Below are positions 47,099 through 56,946 of a DNA stretch of 64,000 nucleotides, piece after piece. The translations under genes and the position numbers were made by a program. The stretch spans positions 2,403-66,402 of the forward strand of contig DCAE01000097.1 in the NCBI GenBank assembly GCA_002311385.1, given 5' to 3'. The first letter of the stretch is position 1. Each line of letters begins with the position of its first letter. The DNA is from Dehalococcoidia bacterium UBA1141 (lineage in GTDB: Bacteria > Chloroflexota > Dehalococcoidia > Lucifugimonadales > UBA3495). The notes beneath the pieces were generated by a model. That model made no database searches. It was given only the letters and a program-made list of their open reading frames with translations, and was not told the DNA's origin.

Positions 47099-48643
47099 TT
47101 ATTTGCCTTCGCTGATCCAGTTGGCCACCCGCTCCCCAATCATTACGGTTGTGGCATTAGTATTAGCGCGAATGACATCCGGCATAATCGAGGCGTCGGC
47201 TACCCTCAGCCCTTCCACTCCCCTGACCCGGCCATGTTGGTCTACCACAGCCATGGCGTCGGAATCCGGGCCCATCTTGCAGGTGCCTGAAATGTGATGG
47301 GAGGTGCCGACGTTGCGGTTAAGCCAGGCGTCCAAGGCGTCATCGGAGGCCAAGTCCGCTTCGGTGGGGTTAACACAGTCCAAGATGATGTCCTTGAAAG
47401 ACGGGTGCTCGGCCATGCGTAAAACCAGCCTGATGGCCTTTCGCATCCGCTCTCGGTCCAGCGGTTCCATCAGATAGTTGTAATCCAGATAGGGTTGCAC
47501 GCTGGGGTCATTGGCGGTCAAGAGCAGTTCCCCGGAACCCAATGCAAGTTGCAGACTGGCGCTAAAGCCGATGTAATTCTCGTCGTCGTCAATCTGCACC
47601 TGAGCAGGCCGGTGTTCGCTGGTCATTAGCATGGGGCTAATCTGCATGTCGTTTCGGACGGTGGAACCCTCTACGGTGTAGCGCAGGCCCACTTGGATCA
47701 CAGGGGCTTGGACCTCCGGACGGTCTCCGGTGGCGCGGAACAGCACCGCCGCCGATGGATGGTCCCTCAAGTTTTGGCCGACGCCTGGCGATTCGTGGAC
47801 CAGCTCGATTCCCATAGATTTCAGGTGATCCGCAGGGCCGACACCTGATAACATCAATAGCTGGGGAGAACCGATAGCCCCGCTACACAGCACAATCTGT
47901 TCGCCTTCCACGGTGAACCTTTCTCCACCGCTTTCCGCTTCCACGCCCACAGCTTTCTTGCCTTCAAACAGTATGCGCCGGGCCATCACATCGCCCTTGA
48001 TGGTCAAATTCAGACGGTGACGGGCCGGGTCCAGGTAGGCGATGGCCATGCTGATGCGAACGCCGTCGATTGTGTTCCTGGCCCTTGGAGAAACACCCGT
48101 GGACTCGGGATGGTTCTGGTCCTCGTCGGCGGCAAATCCCTCGGCTAGGCAGGCTTGCTCAAAGGACAATGCGTAGGGAAGCCACTCGTTGCGTGGATAG
48201 CGACGCACTGGGACCGGCCCGGTGGAGCCGTGGAAGTCCCCGCTGAAATCCAGGTCTGTTTCCATCTTGTTGAAATAGGGTAAGACGTCGGTAAATGCCC
48301 ATTCGTCGTTTCCCACCGCTGCCCAACCGTCGTAGTCCTCAGGTATGCCCCGGAACAGCACCTGGCCGTTCACAGCGCTGGATCCTCCGGTGGCCTTTCC
48401 CCGGGGAATGGTCAATTCGGTTTGGTCGGCGGTTACCCGCGCCACGTAGTCCCAGCTATGAGGACCGTAAGCGGAAAGCCAAACGTTGTTGCCCATCTTC
48501 AAGTCTTCGGGCAGCTGCTCGAATACCGGGAAGTCGGGGCCGGCTTCCAGTAACAAGACGGAGCGGTTTGGGTCTTCCGACAAGCGTCCCGCCATCGTGC
48601 AACCGGCTGAGCCTCCACCAACGATTATCACGTCGTATTTCAT
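47099..48643 (-). CDS. GMC-family FAD oxidoreductase (choline dehydrogenase-like)
   Basis: YDVIIVGGGSAGC N-terminus, GKATGGSSAVNG, and the C-terminal HHISGTCKMG / DASIMP motifs. Confidence 0.9.
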   Translation of the reverse strand: MKYDVIIVGGGSAGCTMAGRLSEDPNRSVLLLEAGPDFPVFEQLPEDLKMGNNVWLSAYGPHSWDYVARVTADQTELTIPRGKATGGSSAVNGQVLFRGIPEDYDGWAAVGNDEWAFTDVLPYFNKMETDLDFSGDFHGSTGPVPVRRYPRNEWLPYALSFEQACLAEGFAADEDQNHPESTGVSPRARNTIDGVRISMAIAYLDPARHRLNLTIKGDVMARRILFEGKKAVGVEAESGGERFTVEGEQIVLCSGAIGSPQLLMLSGVGPADHLKSMGIELVHESPGVGQNLRDHPSAAVLFRATGDRPEVQAPVIQVGLRYTVEGSTVRNDMQISPMLMTSEHRPAQVQIDDDENYIGFSASLQLALGSGELLLTANDPSVQPYLDYNYLMEPLDRERMRKAIRLVLRMAEHPSFKDIILDCVNPTEADLASDDALDAWLNRNVGTSHHISGTCKMGPDSDAMAVVDQHGRVRGVEGLRVADASIMPDVIRANTNATTVMIGERVANWISEGK

Positions 48644-48766
48644 TGCAATTTCTCCTCACTAAACTCAATCAGCCTAAACATTTAGCCTAAAAATTATGGG
48701 ATGTGTTGGTGCATATTACAGCCCTCACTGGGTTGCGGCAACACGCCATGAATCCATTAATAACTT

Positions 48767-49804
48767 CTAAACCCGTTCTCTGGCCATGCGGGCGCCCTCA
48801 ACCATTGCGGCAAGCTTAGCTCTGGCCACCGGCCCAGCGAGTGTAACCAGGCCGCAATCTGGGGCGGCTTGAATCATTTCAGGTGGATGGTGCCGGGCAG
48901 CGGCGAGTAGTCTATCGGCAATGTGTTCCGGTGATTCCACCCCTTCATTGCCGTTGTCTATGCAGCCAAACAGGACGGTCTTAGATGGGCAATTAGTCAA
49001 CAAGGCAGGGTCTAAGCCGGGCGCTTCAAACTCCAAAGCCAGTTGATCCACCTTGGATTTTTCCAACTCGGCGAGAATGGCCGGGTAACTGGGCTTTATT
49101 GGGCGTTCCAACCCGGCGATGGGGTAGCTGTAGCACACGTGCACCGCTGTTTGAGCGTTTAATCCTTCCAGGCATCGGTCCAAGGCTTCTATTCCCCAAT
49201 CCGCGACTTTCTCCGGATAGCGGCTAAACACCGGCTCGTCAAACTGGATGACCGCTGGTCCCAGCATGTCCAGGGCACGTGCTTCTTCGTTGATTGCCTC
49301 GGCAATCGCCATGGCGAACGTCCGCTCGTTGCCGTAGAAGGCATCAGCCACAGAGTCCACCACCGTCATTGGACCCGGTAACGTGATTTTTACCGGCACA
49401 GCCGCATGGCTCATCAAGAAACGCAGGTGATCATCCAGAATAGGTCCTTTGCGGCGCACCGGTCCGGTGCAACGGCCCACCACTGCCAAACGTCGGCCAT
49501 CCCGTATCCATTTTTCACCCAATGTCTCGTAATCCATGCCTTCAAGACGGGTGGTTATGTAGGTCATGTACGATTTGCGACGCTGCTCCCCGTCGCTGAT
49601 TATGTCAATCCCTGCGCGTTCTTGGTCGCGAATGACAAGCCGCGTGGCATCATCCTGAGCTTCAGCCAATTCCGGGCCTTGAAGAGCCCAATCCCCGCCA
49701 TGTCCGTGATGGTCGGTTTCGCCGGAATCAAATGAAACCTGGGAATAGAGCCATGGAGGTTTGGGCATGGAGCCAACCACGGTGGTCAAAAACGGTTCGG
49801 CCAT
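48767..49804 (-). CDS. Cobalamin-independent methionine synthase (MetE C-terminal domain)-like protein
   Basis: TTVVGSMPKP N-terminus, a VHVCYSY zinc-ligand region and C-terminal PDCGL. The start was moved to the ATG 49804 after GGAGG. Confidence 0.75.
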   Translation of the reverse strand: MAEPFLTTVVGSMPKPPWLYSQVSFDSGETDHHGHGGDWALQGPELAEAQDDATRLVIRDQERAGIDIISDGEQRRKSYMTYITTRLEGMDYETLGEKWIRDGRRLAVVGRCTGPVRRKGPILDDHLRFLMSHAAVPVKITLPGPMTVVDSVADAFYGNERTFAMAIAEAINEEARALDMLGPAVIQFDEPVFSRYPEKVADWGIEALDRCLEGLNAQTAVHVCYSYPIAGLERPIKPSYPAILAELEKSKVDQLALEFEAPGLDPALLTNCPSKTVLFGCIDNGNEGVESPEHIADRLLAAARHHPPEMIQAAPDCGLVTLAGPVARAKLAAMVEGARMARERV

Positions 49805-49995
49805 GGGAGTGTCCTCCATGGGCGTTTCTTCCGTATAAGAGCAGTGGTGCCGGATGCGTGAGTTTATAGGAGTGTCGCACCGGGGTCAACGAGGGGAATT
49901 GCTTGACGGCACATTGTTGCTTGACGGCGCTTTCCGGCGATGCTATACACGACTCAAAGCTAGAAAAGGTATCCAAGAAAACCGAAGGAGCGTCC

Positions 49996-51270
49996 ATGAC
50001 CGGGCAATCAGTCAACTCCGGTGACATCATCAAGCAACCCTTGCCTTTGGAGGGAATCAGAGTGGTTGACGCCACCCACATCGTGGCGGGCCCATTCTGC
50101 TCCATGATTCTCGCCGACATGGGCGCCGAGGTAATCAAGATCGAACGTCCTGGAACCGGCGACTTGTCCAGAGGCCGGGGGCCGTTCATCAAAGCCAAAG
50201 CGGGGGATGACTCAGAAAGAGGCAAGCAAGTAAGTTCCCGGTTTCTAGCGGTAAATCGAAACAAGAAAAGCGTGACATTGGACCTGCGGAACGATACCTG
50301 CAAATCCGTGTTTGAAGAATTGGTCAGCAAGTCTGACGTACTCATCGACAACTGGGGGCCCGGGGCGCTACGCCGGCTGGGTCTGGGATACGAACACCTC
50401 AAGGAAATAAACCCTGGCCTCGTGTACGCCAGTATCACCGGCTATGGCGACCCCGACGGATTGGGTCAGGGCCCTTACTCCCAGTGGCCGGCAAACAATA
50501 TGAGCATCCAAGGCATGGCCGGTTGGATGGACATTACCGGTGAGCCCGACCGTCCACCGCAGAGCGTCGGCGACAATATAGGCGATTCCGTCCCCGGTGT
50601 GTGGACAGCCCTGGGCATAGTGCTCGCCTTGGAGTCACGCCGAAAAACCGGTTTGGGCCAGCACGTGGACATGGCCATGTACGAGTGTATGGTTTCCCAT
50701 GTTTACAGCAGCATAAATTCCTACCGTGCCACCGGAGAGTCTCCAACACGCTCTTGGGAGCGTCTGGCCACCGCTGGTCTGACCTTTAAGGCCAAGGACG
50801 GCTACGTGGTGATGGCTGGCATAAAGACTGAGGAAAGGATGCGGGCATTATGGCAACTAACCGGGCGAGAAGACCTGCTCCAAGACCCTCGATACTTGGG
50901 TCAAGGGGCTGGCGGGGATTTTTACTTCCAAAAGGTGATTCCCGCCATCGAGGGATGGTCTCAGACGTTGAGCCGACACGAAGTGACGGAGTCGTTAACC
51001 AAGATTGGTTTTTCCATGGGAGTGTCCCAGACTATCTCCGACCTGGCGGACTGTCCTCATTTGGAAGCGCGAGGGATGTACGCAGAAACAGGGGACACCA
51101 TGGATGGAGTTTTCCGCACGCTCAAGGCCCCCATCCGTTTAACCGGTTGCGTGGAACCGCCCGCCCAGACACCTCCCCGGCTGGGGGAGCACAACCAAAC
51201 CATCCTGTGCGGCATCGGTGGCCTTTCGTTAGAAACCTTGGCTGCATTGGAGACGCAAGGCGTAATCTGA
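49996..51270 (+). CDS. Family III CoA-transferase (CaiB/BaiF type)
   Basis: LEGIRVVDATHIVAGPFCSMILADMGAEVIKIERP and the later DNWGPG motif. The start was chosen at the ATG 49996 after GAAGGAG. Confidence 0.88.
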   Translation: MTGQSVNSGDIIKQPLPLEGIRVVDATHIVAGPFCSMILADMGAEVIKIERPGTGDLSRGRGPFIKAKAGDDSERGKQVSSRFLAVNRNKKSVTLDLRNDTCKSVFEELVSKSDVLIDNWGPGALRRLGLGYEHLKEINPGLVYASITGYGDPDGLGQGPYSQWPANNMSIQGMAGWMDITGEPDRPPQSVGDNIGDSVPGVWTALGIVLALESRRKTGLGQHVDMAMYECMVSHVYSSINSYRATGESPTRSWERLATAGLTFKAKDGYVVMAGIKTEERMRALWQLTGREDLLQDPRYLGQGAGGDFYFQKVIPAIEGWSQTLSRHEVTESLTKIGFSMGVSQTISDLADCPHLEARGMYAETGDTMDGVFRTLKAPIRLTGCVEPPAQTPPRLGEHNQTILCGIGGLSLETLAALETQGVI

Positions 51271-51314
51271 CCGGGGAGACATTGGCTGCATTAGAGACGC
51301 AAGGCGTAATCTGA
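51238..51314 (+). repeat. 33-bp direct repeat (1 mismatch, 44-bp period) duplicating the last codons and stop of the CoA-transferase gene
   Basis: ttggctgcattggagacgcaaggcgtaatctga at 51238-51270, and ttggctgcattAgagacgcaaggcgtaatctga at 51282-51314. Confidence 0.85.
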
Positions 51315-51349
51315 TCGGGTGTGTTCTGGCCGTTTTAGAAAAACGGTGA

Positions 51350-52654
51350 TTAACCGGAGGATTGCTCCTTTGACGCCTCTCCCACGCCCAACTCGGCTCC
51401 GACGTCTTCTTGGGGGGAGGTTACCTGCCTGTGAAATAATGGCGTCATTATGATTACGGGAATCAGTAGTAATATCCCCAGTAGCGCACTGATGCCCACG
51501 GCAATCTGTGCGCTGAGAAAATCCGCAACTGCACCCACTGCCAATCCGCCCAAAGCAGCTACACCGATGCACTGGCCCAAAACACCCAAAGAACTCCCTC
51601 GCATGGCTTGCGAAGAAGCAATCAATATTATGGTGCTTTGCATTGTGCTAAAACCGGCGCTACCAAAACCCAACAGCAACAACAAGACAAACGAAACCAC
51701 ATACCACGGAGAAAAGGCAAATAGGAATAAGCTGAGCAACTGTAAGCAAATTCCTAATATGAAAATACGACCGTGAAACCTAATATTTTGCCTTGATGCG
51801 ATGATTAGCGCGGAAACGAAGCTACCAATGGCCTGGGCCGAGATCAATAGTCCCGTCAACCCGGCCCCAACCCGCAAATGGTCGCGTGCTACCACCGGAA
51901 ACAGCGCCTCAACGCTAAAGGCCAGGGCGTTCATGATTAGGGTAATCATGAGCACCGCACGGATAACCGGGCTATCCCAGGAATAGCGGATTCCAGAGGC
52001 CAAGTTTCTTAAGACCGAGGCAGAGCGCGACGCCTGAACCGGTATGCGAGACTTAACCAAGGCTATGGATACAAAGGCGAGGGAGTAGCCGATTAACAAG
52101 ACTACGTAGGCTCCGGTGAATCCGCTGAACTGGACCAGCAAACCAGCGGTCAATGGGCCGAGAAACCTGCCGATGGTCGAGTTGATTGTCTCCAAAGACA
52201 TTGCATTCGAGATTAGCCGAATTCCGACGATGTCGAAAATGAATGACCTCCTGGAGGGAAACTCCAGGACGAACATCCATCCCATACCCAATGATGCAAC
52301 GAGCAAGTGCCAAGGCTCTATGTCCCCGGTTGCTACTAAGACTAGGATTACGGCTGTGATGACAACGGAGAAAGTGCGAGAGACCATCATCACGAACCAC
52401 CGGTTCACCCGGTCGGCAATAATCCCCGATACCATTGCGAATACCAACATTGGCATCCAGCGCATCACGAAAAGCAGGGCAACCTGCCAAGCAGAGTCGG
52501 TTAGTTCGAGAATCAATAGGCTAACCACCACTGCGTCCATCCAGCGGCTCGTGTTGTCCAAGCCTCCGCCATACCATAGGAAACGAAAATCCCTGTCTTT
52601 TAGGGCGCCTCCCACAAATTGCAATGTTCTACGATTCGCGTTGGCTTCAGACAT
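51350..52654 (-). CDS. MFS transporter (paralog of 26541..27821)
   Basis: 434 aa and about 12 TM segments. FRFLWYGGGLDNTSRWMD parallels the other MFS N-terminus. Confidence 0.85.
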   Translation of the reverse strand: MSEANANRRTLQFVGGALKDRDFRFLWYGGGLDNTSRWMDAVVVSLLILELTDSAWQVALLFVMRWMPMLVFAMVSGIIADRVNRWFVMMVSRTFSVVITAVILVLVATGDIEPWHLLVASLGMGWMFVLEFPSRRSFIFDIVGIRLISNAMSLETINSTIGRFLGPLTAGLLVQFSGFTGAYVVLLIGYSLAFVSIALVKSRIPVQASRSASVLRNLASGIRYSWDSPVIRAVLMITLIMNALAFSVEALFPVVARDHLRVGAGLTGLLISAQAIGSFVSALIIASRQNIRFHGRIFILGICLQLLSLFLFAFSPWYVVSFVLLLLLGFGSAGFSTMQSTIILIASSQAMRGSSLGVLGQCIGVAALGGLAVGAVADFLSAQIAVGISALLGILLLIPVIIMTPLFHRQVTSPQEDVGAELGVGEASKEQSSG

Positions 52655-52910
52655 AAATCAAATAGAAATCCAATTTTCGGCTATTGGGTTGTCTGTGTTG
52701 ACACAACCTGGAATGCCGATATTACCAATAAAATAAGCTTGTCCGCATTTAACTACAAGCTGGAAAGAACTCTTTGTGGCGCACAGAACTGATTGCGGCG
52801 TATATAGATGTCAGGTGACCAATCACAGCGCTGTCGAAACGTGCTCTTGCGAGTAAAGCCAACTAGGAAACCCGGCAAATTATCCCGGCCGGTTTTTGGC
52901 CTGAAAATCT

Positions 52911-53540
52911 CTAATCTGCGTGTTGCAGGAATGGGCTGTCGGCCAAATCCGTGCAATTGGCCAAACCGTGTCCAAAATAGTCATCACGGTCTTTATCCAA
53001 CTCAATCATGACACCCAACTCATCTCCCCCATACATCAGATCGTTTGGGTCATCGTTTACGTGGCCTTTGGGCAGGTTCGATGATTGCCCAAGGTAATTG
53101 GGCGCACATGGGGAAACTGCGCCCAAGGCATGAAAAACCTCGTGGAGCATGATGGTGTCCTGACTCAAGCAATGATTCGGTTCGGGGTCGTCATGTCTCT
53201 CAAAAAATGTGGAACTGAACTTTACTCCGTCTCTATCGGACTGAGACCCGCAGATGGGGTTAAGGTCACCGGCTCTTCCGGCAAAGGGAACCCAGGCAGC
53301 ATAGATTTTTTTCGGGTCGTCGAGACCGGCTTCCATCAATCCTTCCATGAGTGGCGCAGATGTCACTACTGCCTGGCTAATCTGTGTCAGGCTAGCTTTC
53401 AACCGCACAAAGGTGATGTCCAAGACTCCATCTATGGAGTCGAACCTGAGCCCTTCCACAGGAGACCTTTCCCGGAGGCATGATTGCATACTGGCGGCAA
53501 TGCTCTCTATTGTTCCGTTGATATCCCATTTTTCGTCCAA
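52911..53540 (-). CDS. HExxH zinc-metalloprotease-like domain protein (probably the 3' part of a frameshifted gene)
   Basis: MLHEVFHALG (HExxHxxG) motif. The only start is a TTG inside the 14-bp duplication, and the ORF overlaps the upstream ORF by 34 nt. Confidence 0.55.
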   Translation of the reverse strand: MDEKWDINGTIESIAASMQSCLRERSPVEGLRFDSIDGVLDITFVRLKASLTQISQAVVTSAPLMEGLMEAGLDDPKKIYAAWVPFAGRAGDLNPICGSQSDRDGVKFSSTFFERHDDPEPNHCLSQDTIMLHEVFHALGAVSPCAPNYLGQSSNLPKGHVNDDPNDLMYGGDELGVMIELDKDRDDYFGHGLANCTDLADSPFLQHAD

Positions 53541-54532
53541 GCCATCAGGTCCAAGCCATCAGAAGGAAGTACATAAACCAGGTGGACCAGATTTTCCCCC
53601 TCTTCGGGCTGATCAACTTGGTCAAATAGGGTCCGGTCCCTGGTGGTGGGAAACTCCACTTCTAAGGATAACGAATTATTCCCCTCATCCACCTCCAGCA
53701 CCGAGTTGGCGCCATCTATGGTCCAATCGACCTGATGCTTGCCCGGCATCAATGGGCCTTCCGTGACGACGATTTTCCAAAATGGCACGGCTGCTATCAC
53801 GAATGCGCCCGGCTGCGGTTCTGTGCCTCCAGTTTGATTGATATATGCCTGACTTAGGCTGAGTCCATTGACGGTGAATCGGGTAGACCCTCCCCAAGAT
53901 GCAGCCGCTGCGCCTCCTGAATTAGTTACGCTATATGCCATGTAATAACCTCCGTCCGGAGGAGGTGGGATGATTCCATAAATCAGATCGGTACCGCCAA
54001 ACACCACCGGTTGGTCCCAGGATAAATCTTCCGGCAGATGGGGCTCTAAATCGGGCAATCGGAATGATAGGAATTGCCGCGTTGAGAAAGAGTTGCTCCC
54101 TTCGTTGGATTCTTTAACTGTGTTTTGGGGGTCGATGATCAGTTCCAAGTCGTGGCGGCTGTTTATCAGGCTGGCGGGATTTGTTAATACTTTCAGCCGC
54201 ACCCGTTGTGTCTTTATCTTGCCAGGGGCGGTAACCGGCTTATACCACTCAGCCACCTGTTCCCCGTCGATAAGCAACACAATGGTGTACTCTTCCGCCA
54301 TTGCGTTTCCTTGGTTGGTCCATGCAATCTTGAAGGACAGGGATTCTTGGTCGGACATGATGGGACCGGGCCATCCATCAGGGACGTGAGGAGATAGTTC
54401 GGCCATCGGCACAGGGGAAGCGCTGCCCGTATTCGTGCTGGAGCATCCCAGGAATACAGCGCATAACAAGGTTAGGATGAACACTAGTAATCCGAAGGTG
54501 GCCTTGCTTCGCAATCTCATGTGAACCAACAC
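53507..54532 (-). CDS. Lipoprotein with CARDB-like repeats (probably the 5' part of a frameshifted gene)
   Basis: Signal plus lipobox (LCAVFLGC-SS). Ig-like repeats end in E(S/G)NE/DEGNN-type motifs (KESNEGSNS, VDEGNNS) typical of CARDB domains. Confidence 0.6.
   Translation of the reverse strand: MLVHMRLRSKATFGLLVFILTLLCAVFLGCSSTNTGSASPVPMAELSPHVPDGWPGPIMSDQESLSFKIAWTNQGNAMAEEYTIVLLIDGEQVAEWYKPVTAPGKIKTQRVRLKVLTNPASLINSRHDLELIIDPQNTVKESNEGSNSFSTRQFLSFRLPDLEPHLPEDLSWDQPVVFGGTDLIYGIIPPPPDGGYYMAYSVTNSGGAAAASWGGSTRFTVNGLSLSQAYINQTGGTEPQPGAFVIAAVPFWKIVVTEGPLMPGKHQVDWTIDGANSVLEVDEGNNSLSLEVEFPTTRDRTLFDQVDQPEEGENLVHLVYVLPSDGLDLMAWTKNGISTEQ
53535..53562. repeat. Perfect 14-bp tandem duplication (gtccaagccatcag x2) at the junction of the two ORFs
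   Basis: Read directly: 53535-53548 is identical to 53549-53562. The 14-bp length shifts the reading frame. Confidence 0.95.
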
Positions 54533-54610
54533 CGCAGCGCCTATGTTGGTGAATCGGCAAGGTTAGGCCCCGATACGGCCCATAGTCAAAAACACTTGAT
54601 CTGGCTGCTT

Positions 54611-55573
54611 TCAGCAGCTCCGTGCCCGGGGCAATACCTCTTTGGCGCAGCGCTCCAACTGCCCGCTTTGGTCTGGCCCACCGAAGCGAATCACCATAGT
54701 CTGAGCGCCCGCCGCAATGAACTCCTTGATCCAGTCGGCGCACCGTTGGGGACTGCCGGAGCATATGCTTTGGCTACGGGCCATAGCCTCATAGGGAGCA
54801 CCGTAGTAGCCTTCGATGAACTCACGCATTTCCCTGTCGGCTTGGGCTTCATCATCGTTGATATTCAAGGTGGTGTAGACACAGCGGTGCAGCTTTTCAG
54901 CGTCGGCGCCGGTCTCCTTGGCAAGTTCTTGGATCCGATCCCAGCCTTCGGTGAATACCTGAGCCGAAGCCGGGTTGGGAAACCAACCGTCCCCGATGCG
55001 CAGCATCCTTAGTCTAGCAGCATCCACGGTGCCCGCCATCCACAGAGGCACTCCCCCTTGTTGCGCTGGCTTGAGCCCCAATCTCACTTGGTCAAGTTGA
55101 AAATGGCGACCGGAATGCGTCACCTCGGGCTCCGTCCAAAGTCGCCGCAACAGGGTCACACCCTCTTCAAATATGCTGACTCGGTGGGCGAAGGACACTC
55201 CACAAGCAGAAAACTCCTTCTCAATGGCCGCTGATTTAGAGGCGATTCCGATTCCCAATATGATGCGGCCTTGGGACATCATGTCCAAGTTGGCCACTTC
55301 GTTGGCTAGCACCACCGGATTGCGGAGAGCCGGCAGCAGAACCGCCGTGCCCAATTTAACCCGCTTGGTGCGGGACGCAATGGTCGCCAGGGTGCTTAAG
55401 GCTTCCAACCTAGGGCGGGCGAGAATGCTGTCGCCCACCCAGACCGAGTCAAAAGATAATGCTTCGGCTCGTTCGGCCAGCGTGATTACCTGTTCAAAGT
55501 CGGGTTTTTCCTGGGCCATCACAATCTCCCTAGTGGGGAGCAAATAGCCAAAGGAAACGCCATTCTGTGCCAT
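54611..55573 (-). CDS. LLM-class flavin/F420-dependent oxidoreductase
   Basis: 320 aa with FDSVWVGDS and LDMMSQGRIILGIGIA LLM patterns. Confidence 0.85.
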   Translation of the reverse strand: MAQNGVSFGYLLPTREIVMAQEKPDFEQVITLAERAEALSFDSVWVGDSILARPRLEALSTLATIASRTKRVKLGTAVLLPALRNPVVLANEVANLDMMSQGRIILGIGIASKSAAIEKEFSACGVSFAHRVSIFEEGVTLLRRLWTEPEVTHSGRHFQLDQVRLGLKPAQQGGVPLWMAGTVDAARLRMLRIGDGWFPNPASAQVFTEGWDRIQELAKETGADAEKLHRCVYTTLNINDDEAQADREMREFIEGYYGAPYEAMARSQSICSGSPQRCADWIKEFIAAGAQTMVIRFGGPDQSGQLERCAKEVLPRARSC

Positions 55574-55586
55574 TGTGAAACCTCAA

Positions 55587-56369
55587 CTAAGCTACTTGAA
55601 ACGTTATCAGTAGGGCGAAAAACACTGCCCACGTGAGGGCATAGGGAAGGATGAACCGTCTTCTTTTTTCTAGCCATTCTGGAAATACGGGAACAGTCGC
55701 ACTGAATTTAGCGTGTTTTCTCACAATGAAGGTCTTGTAAAATTCCACGGTCATTCGCTCTGCGCCGATGCAAGCGAAGAGAAGAAGGGAATAATCGGTG
55801 GTGAAGATTGAAAAAATCAGGCCCCAGGCGGCACCCACGTACGGGCTGCGCAAAAACTTTGTCGGCTCAAATCCCTCTATGAAAGCATCCTTCCAGGCAC
55901 CGCAAATCGCGATGCCCAACCCCCCTACGGTTCCCCAGATCAGACCCACCAATACCCGCGGCAAGTCAATCTCAAAGAGGTAAGGCAGGTAGAACCAAAA
56001 GAAAGCCAAACCGATGTAAATTGCGCCCATACCCCAGCGACGCAGTTTGCTATGGACGGTGGTTCCCAGCCATTGGAATGTTTGGATAATGTGGTATTTA
56101 TCCTGGTTTTCCTGCCTGATGAATGTTTTCAAAGACTCGGTATACAGGCGCTCAAAGGCCATCACGAAGAGAAAGAAAAGCCCCGGGTTGGGGCTGTGAA
56201 TGCCGTTTAGCTTTAGAAATTGGTACAGCAGCATCCCTAAGATTAGCCCTGCAACCATGCTCCTCAAAAATTTCCCAATCTTGAATTCCTCATGGGGGGT
56301 GTCCTTGTATGCACCCCATGAGGATGAGTGCAGACCGCCAAAAAGTCCCACGATGCCATATGCCAGCAA
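55587..56369 (-). CDS. Integral membrane protein, internally duplicated (hypothetical)
   Basis: 260 aa and about 8 TM segments. The two halves share WGAYKDTPHEEFKIGKFLRS / CGAWKDAFIEGFEPTKFLRS. TTG start after GAGGG. Confidence 0.6.
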   Translation of the reverse strand: MLAYGIVGLFGGLHSSSWGAYKDTPHEEFKIGKFLRSMVAGLILGMLLYQFLKLNGIHSPNPGLFFLFVMAFERLYTESLKTFIRQENQDKYHIIQTFQWLGTTVHSKLRRWGMGAIYIGLAFFWFYLPYLFEIDLPRVLVGLIWGTVGGLGIAICGAWKDAFIEGFEPTKFLRSPYVGAAWGLIFSIFTTDYSLLLFACIGAERMTVEFYKTFIVRKHAKFSATVPVFPEWLEKRRRFILPYALTWAVFFALLITFQVA

Positions 56370-56946
56370 TTGTCGCCCTCGTTACAGTGTCGGTTTGGGA
56401 ATAAACTGAGCCGAATGCGAGTATGAGCCTACTGTGAGTATGAACCCACTGTGAAATGGGAACCGGATTCTTACAAATCCAATTCCCGTATTTATTCTAT
56501 GGAAATGGGCTCCGAAACGTGGCTGCGTCAACTGGAGATCGGCCTGGACCAGTCCCCAGATATCTGTTCTCAGAAATCTATTTAACGTATCTATCAACGA
56601 AAACCTAGGCCAGTGTACAACATCATCAGGCCAGAGAGCCACGTAGGTCAATATTCCTCAACTTTAGGGAGGCGAGATCCTTTGGGTGTACCTGTAGCTC
56701 TAGAGCAAATGGACGGGGAGACCTTTTTCGGCAACTCGATGCGGTCGTTTTTAATCTTCACCATTTCGCTCCGAGAAGCGGACGGTTCGTATTTTGCCAA
56801 CTGTATTCCGAGGCTGGCGCCGGTGTCCAACTCACGAATCCATGGGGTTAATCTTTAACGCATGAGGTGTAATATGGTACCCATCAAATAGCCCGGGTAT
56901 TGGAATAAAGATAATCACTATCTCAAATCTAAGAGGGAGGAATATC

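Noticed and set aside
49728-50438. 236-aa minus-strand ORF overlapping the CoA-transferase gene
   Set aside because: It is antisense to a gene with unambiguous family III CoA-transferase motifs, and its sequence is Ser/Pro/Arg-rich and non-protein-like. The same reasoning rejects other long shadow ORFs, including 3595..4188, 9899..10507, 12891..13589, 27410..28003, 36604..37200, 44869..45423 and 52116..52736.
56382-56830. Two minus-strand ORFs with an ATGA stop/start overlap as a small operon
   Set aside because: No SD sequences, no recognisable motifs and atypical composition. The overlap alone is insufficient evidence.
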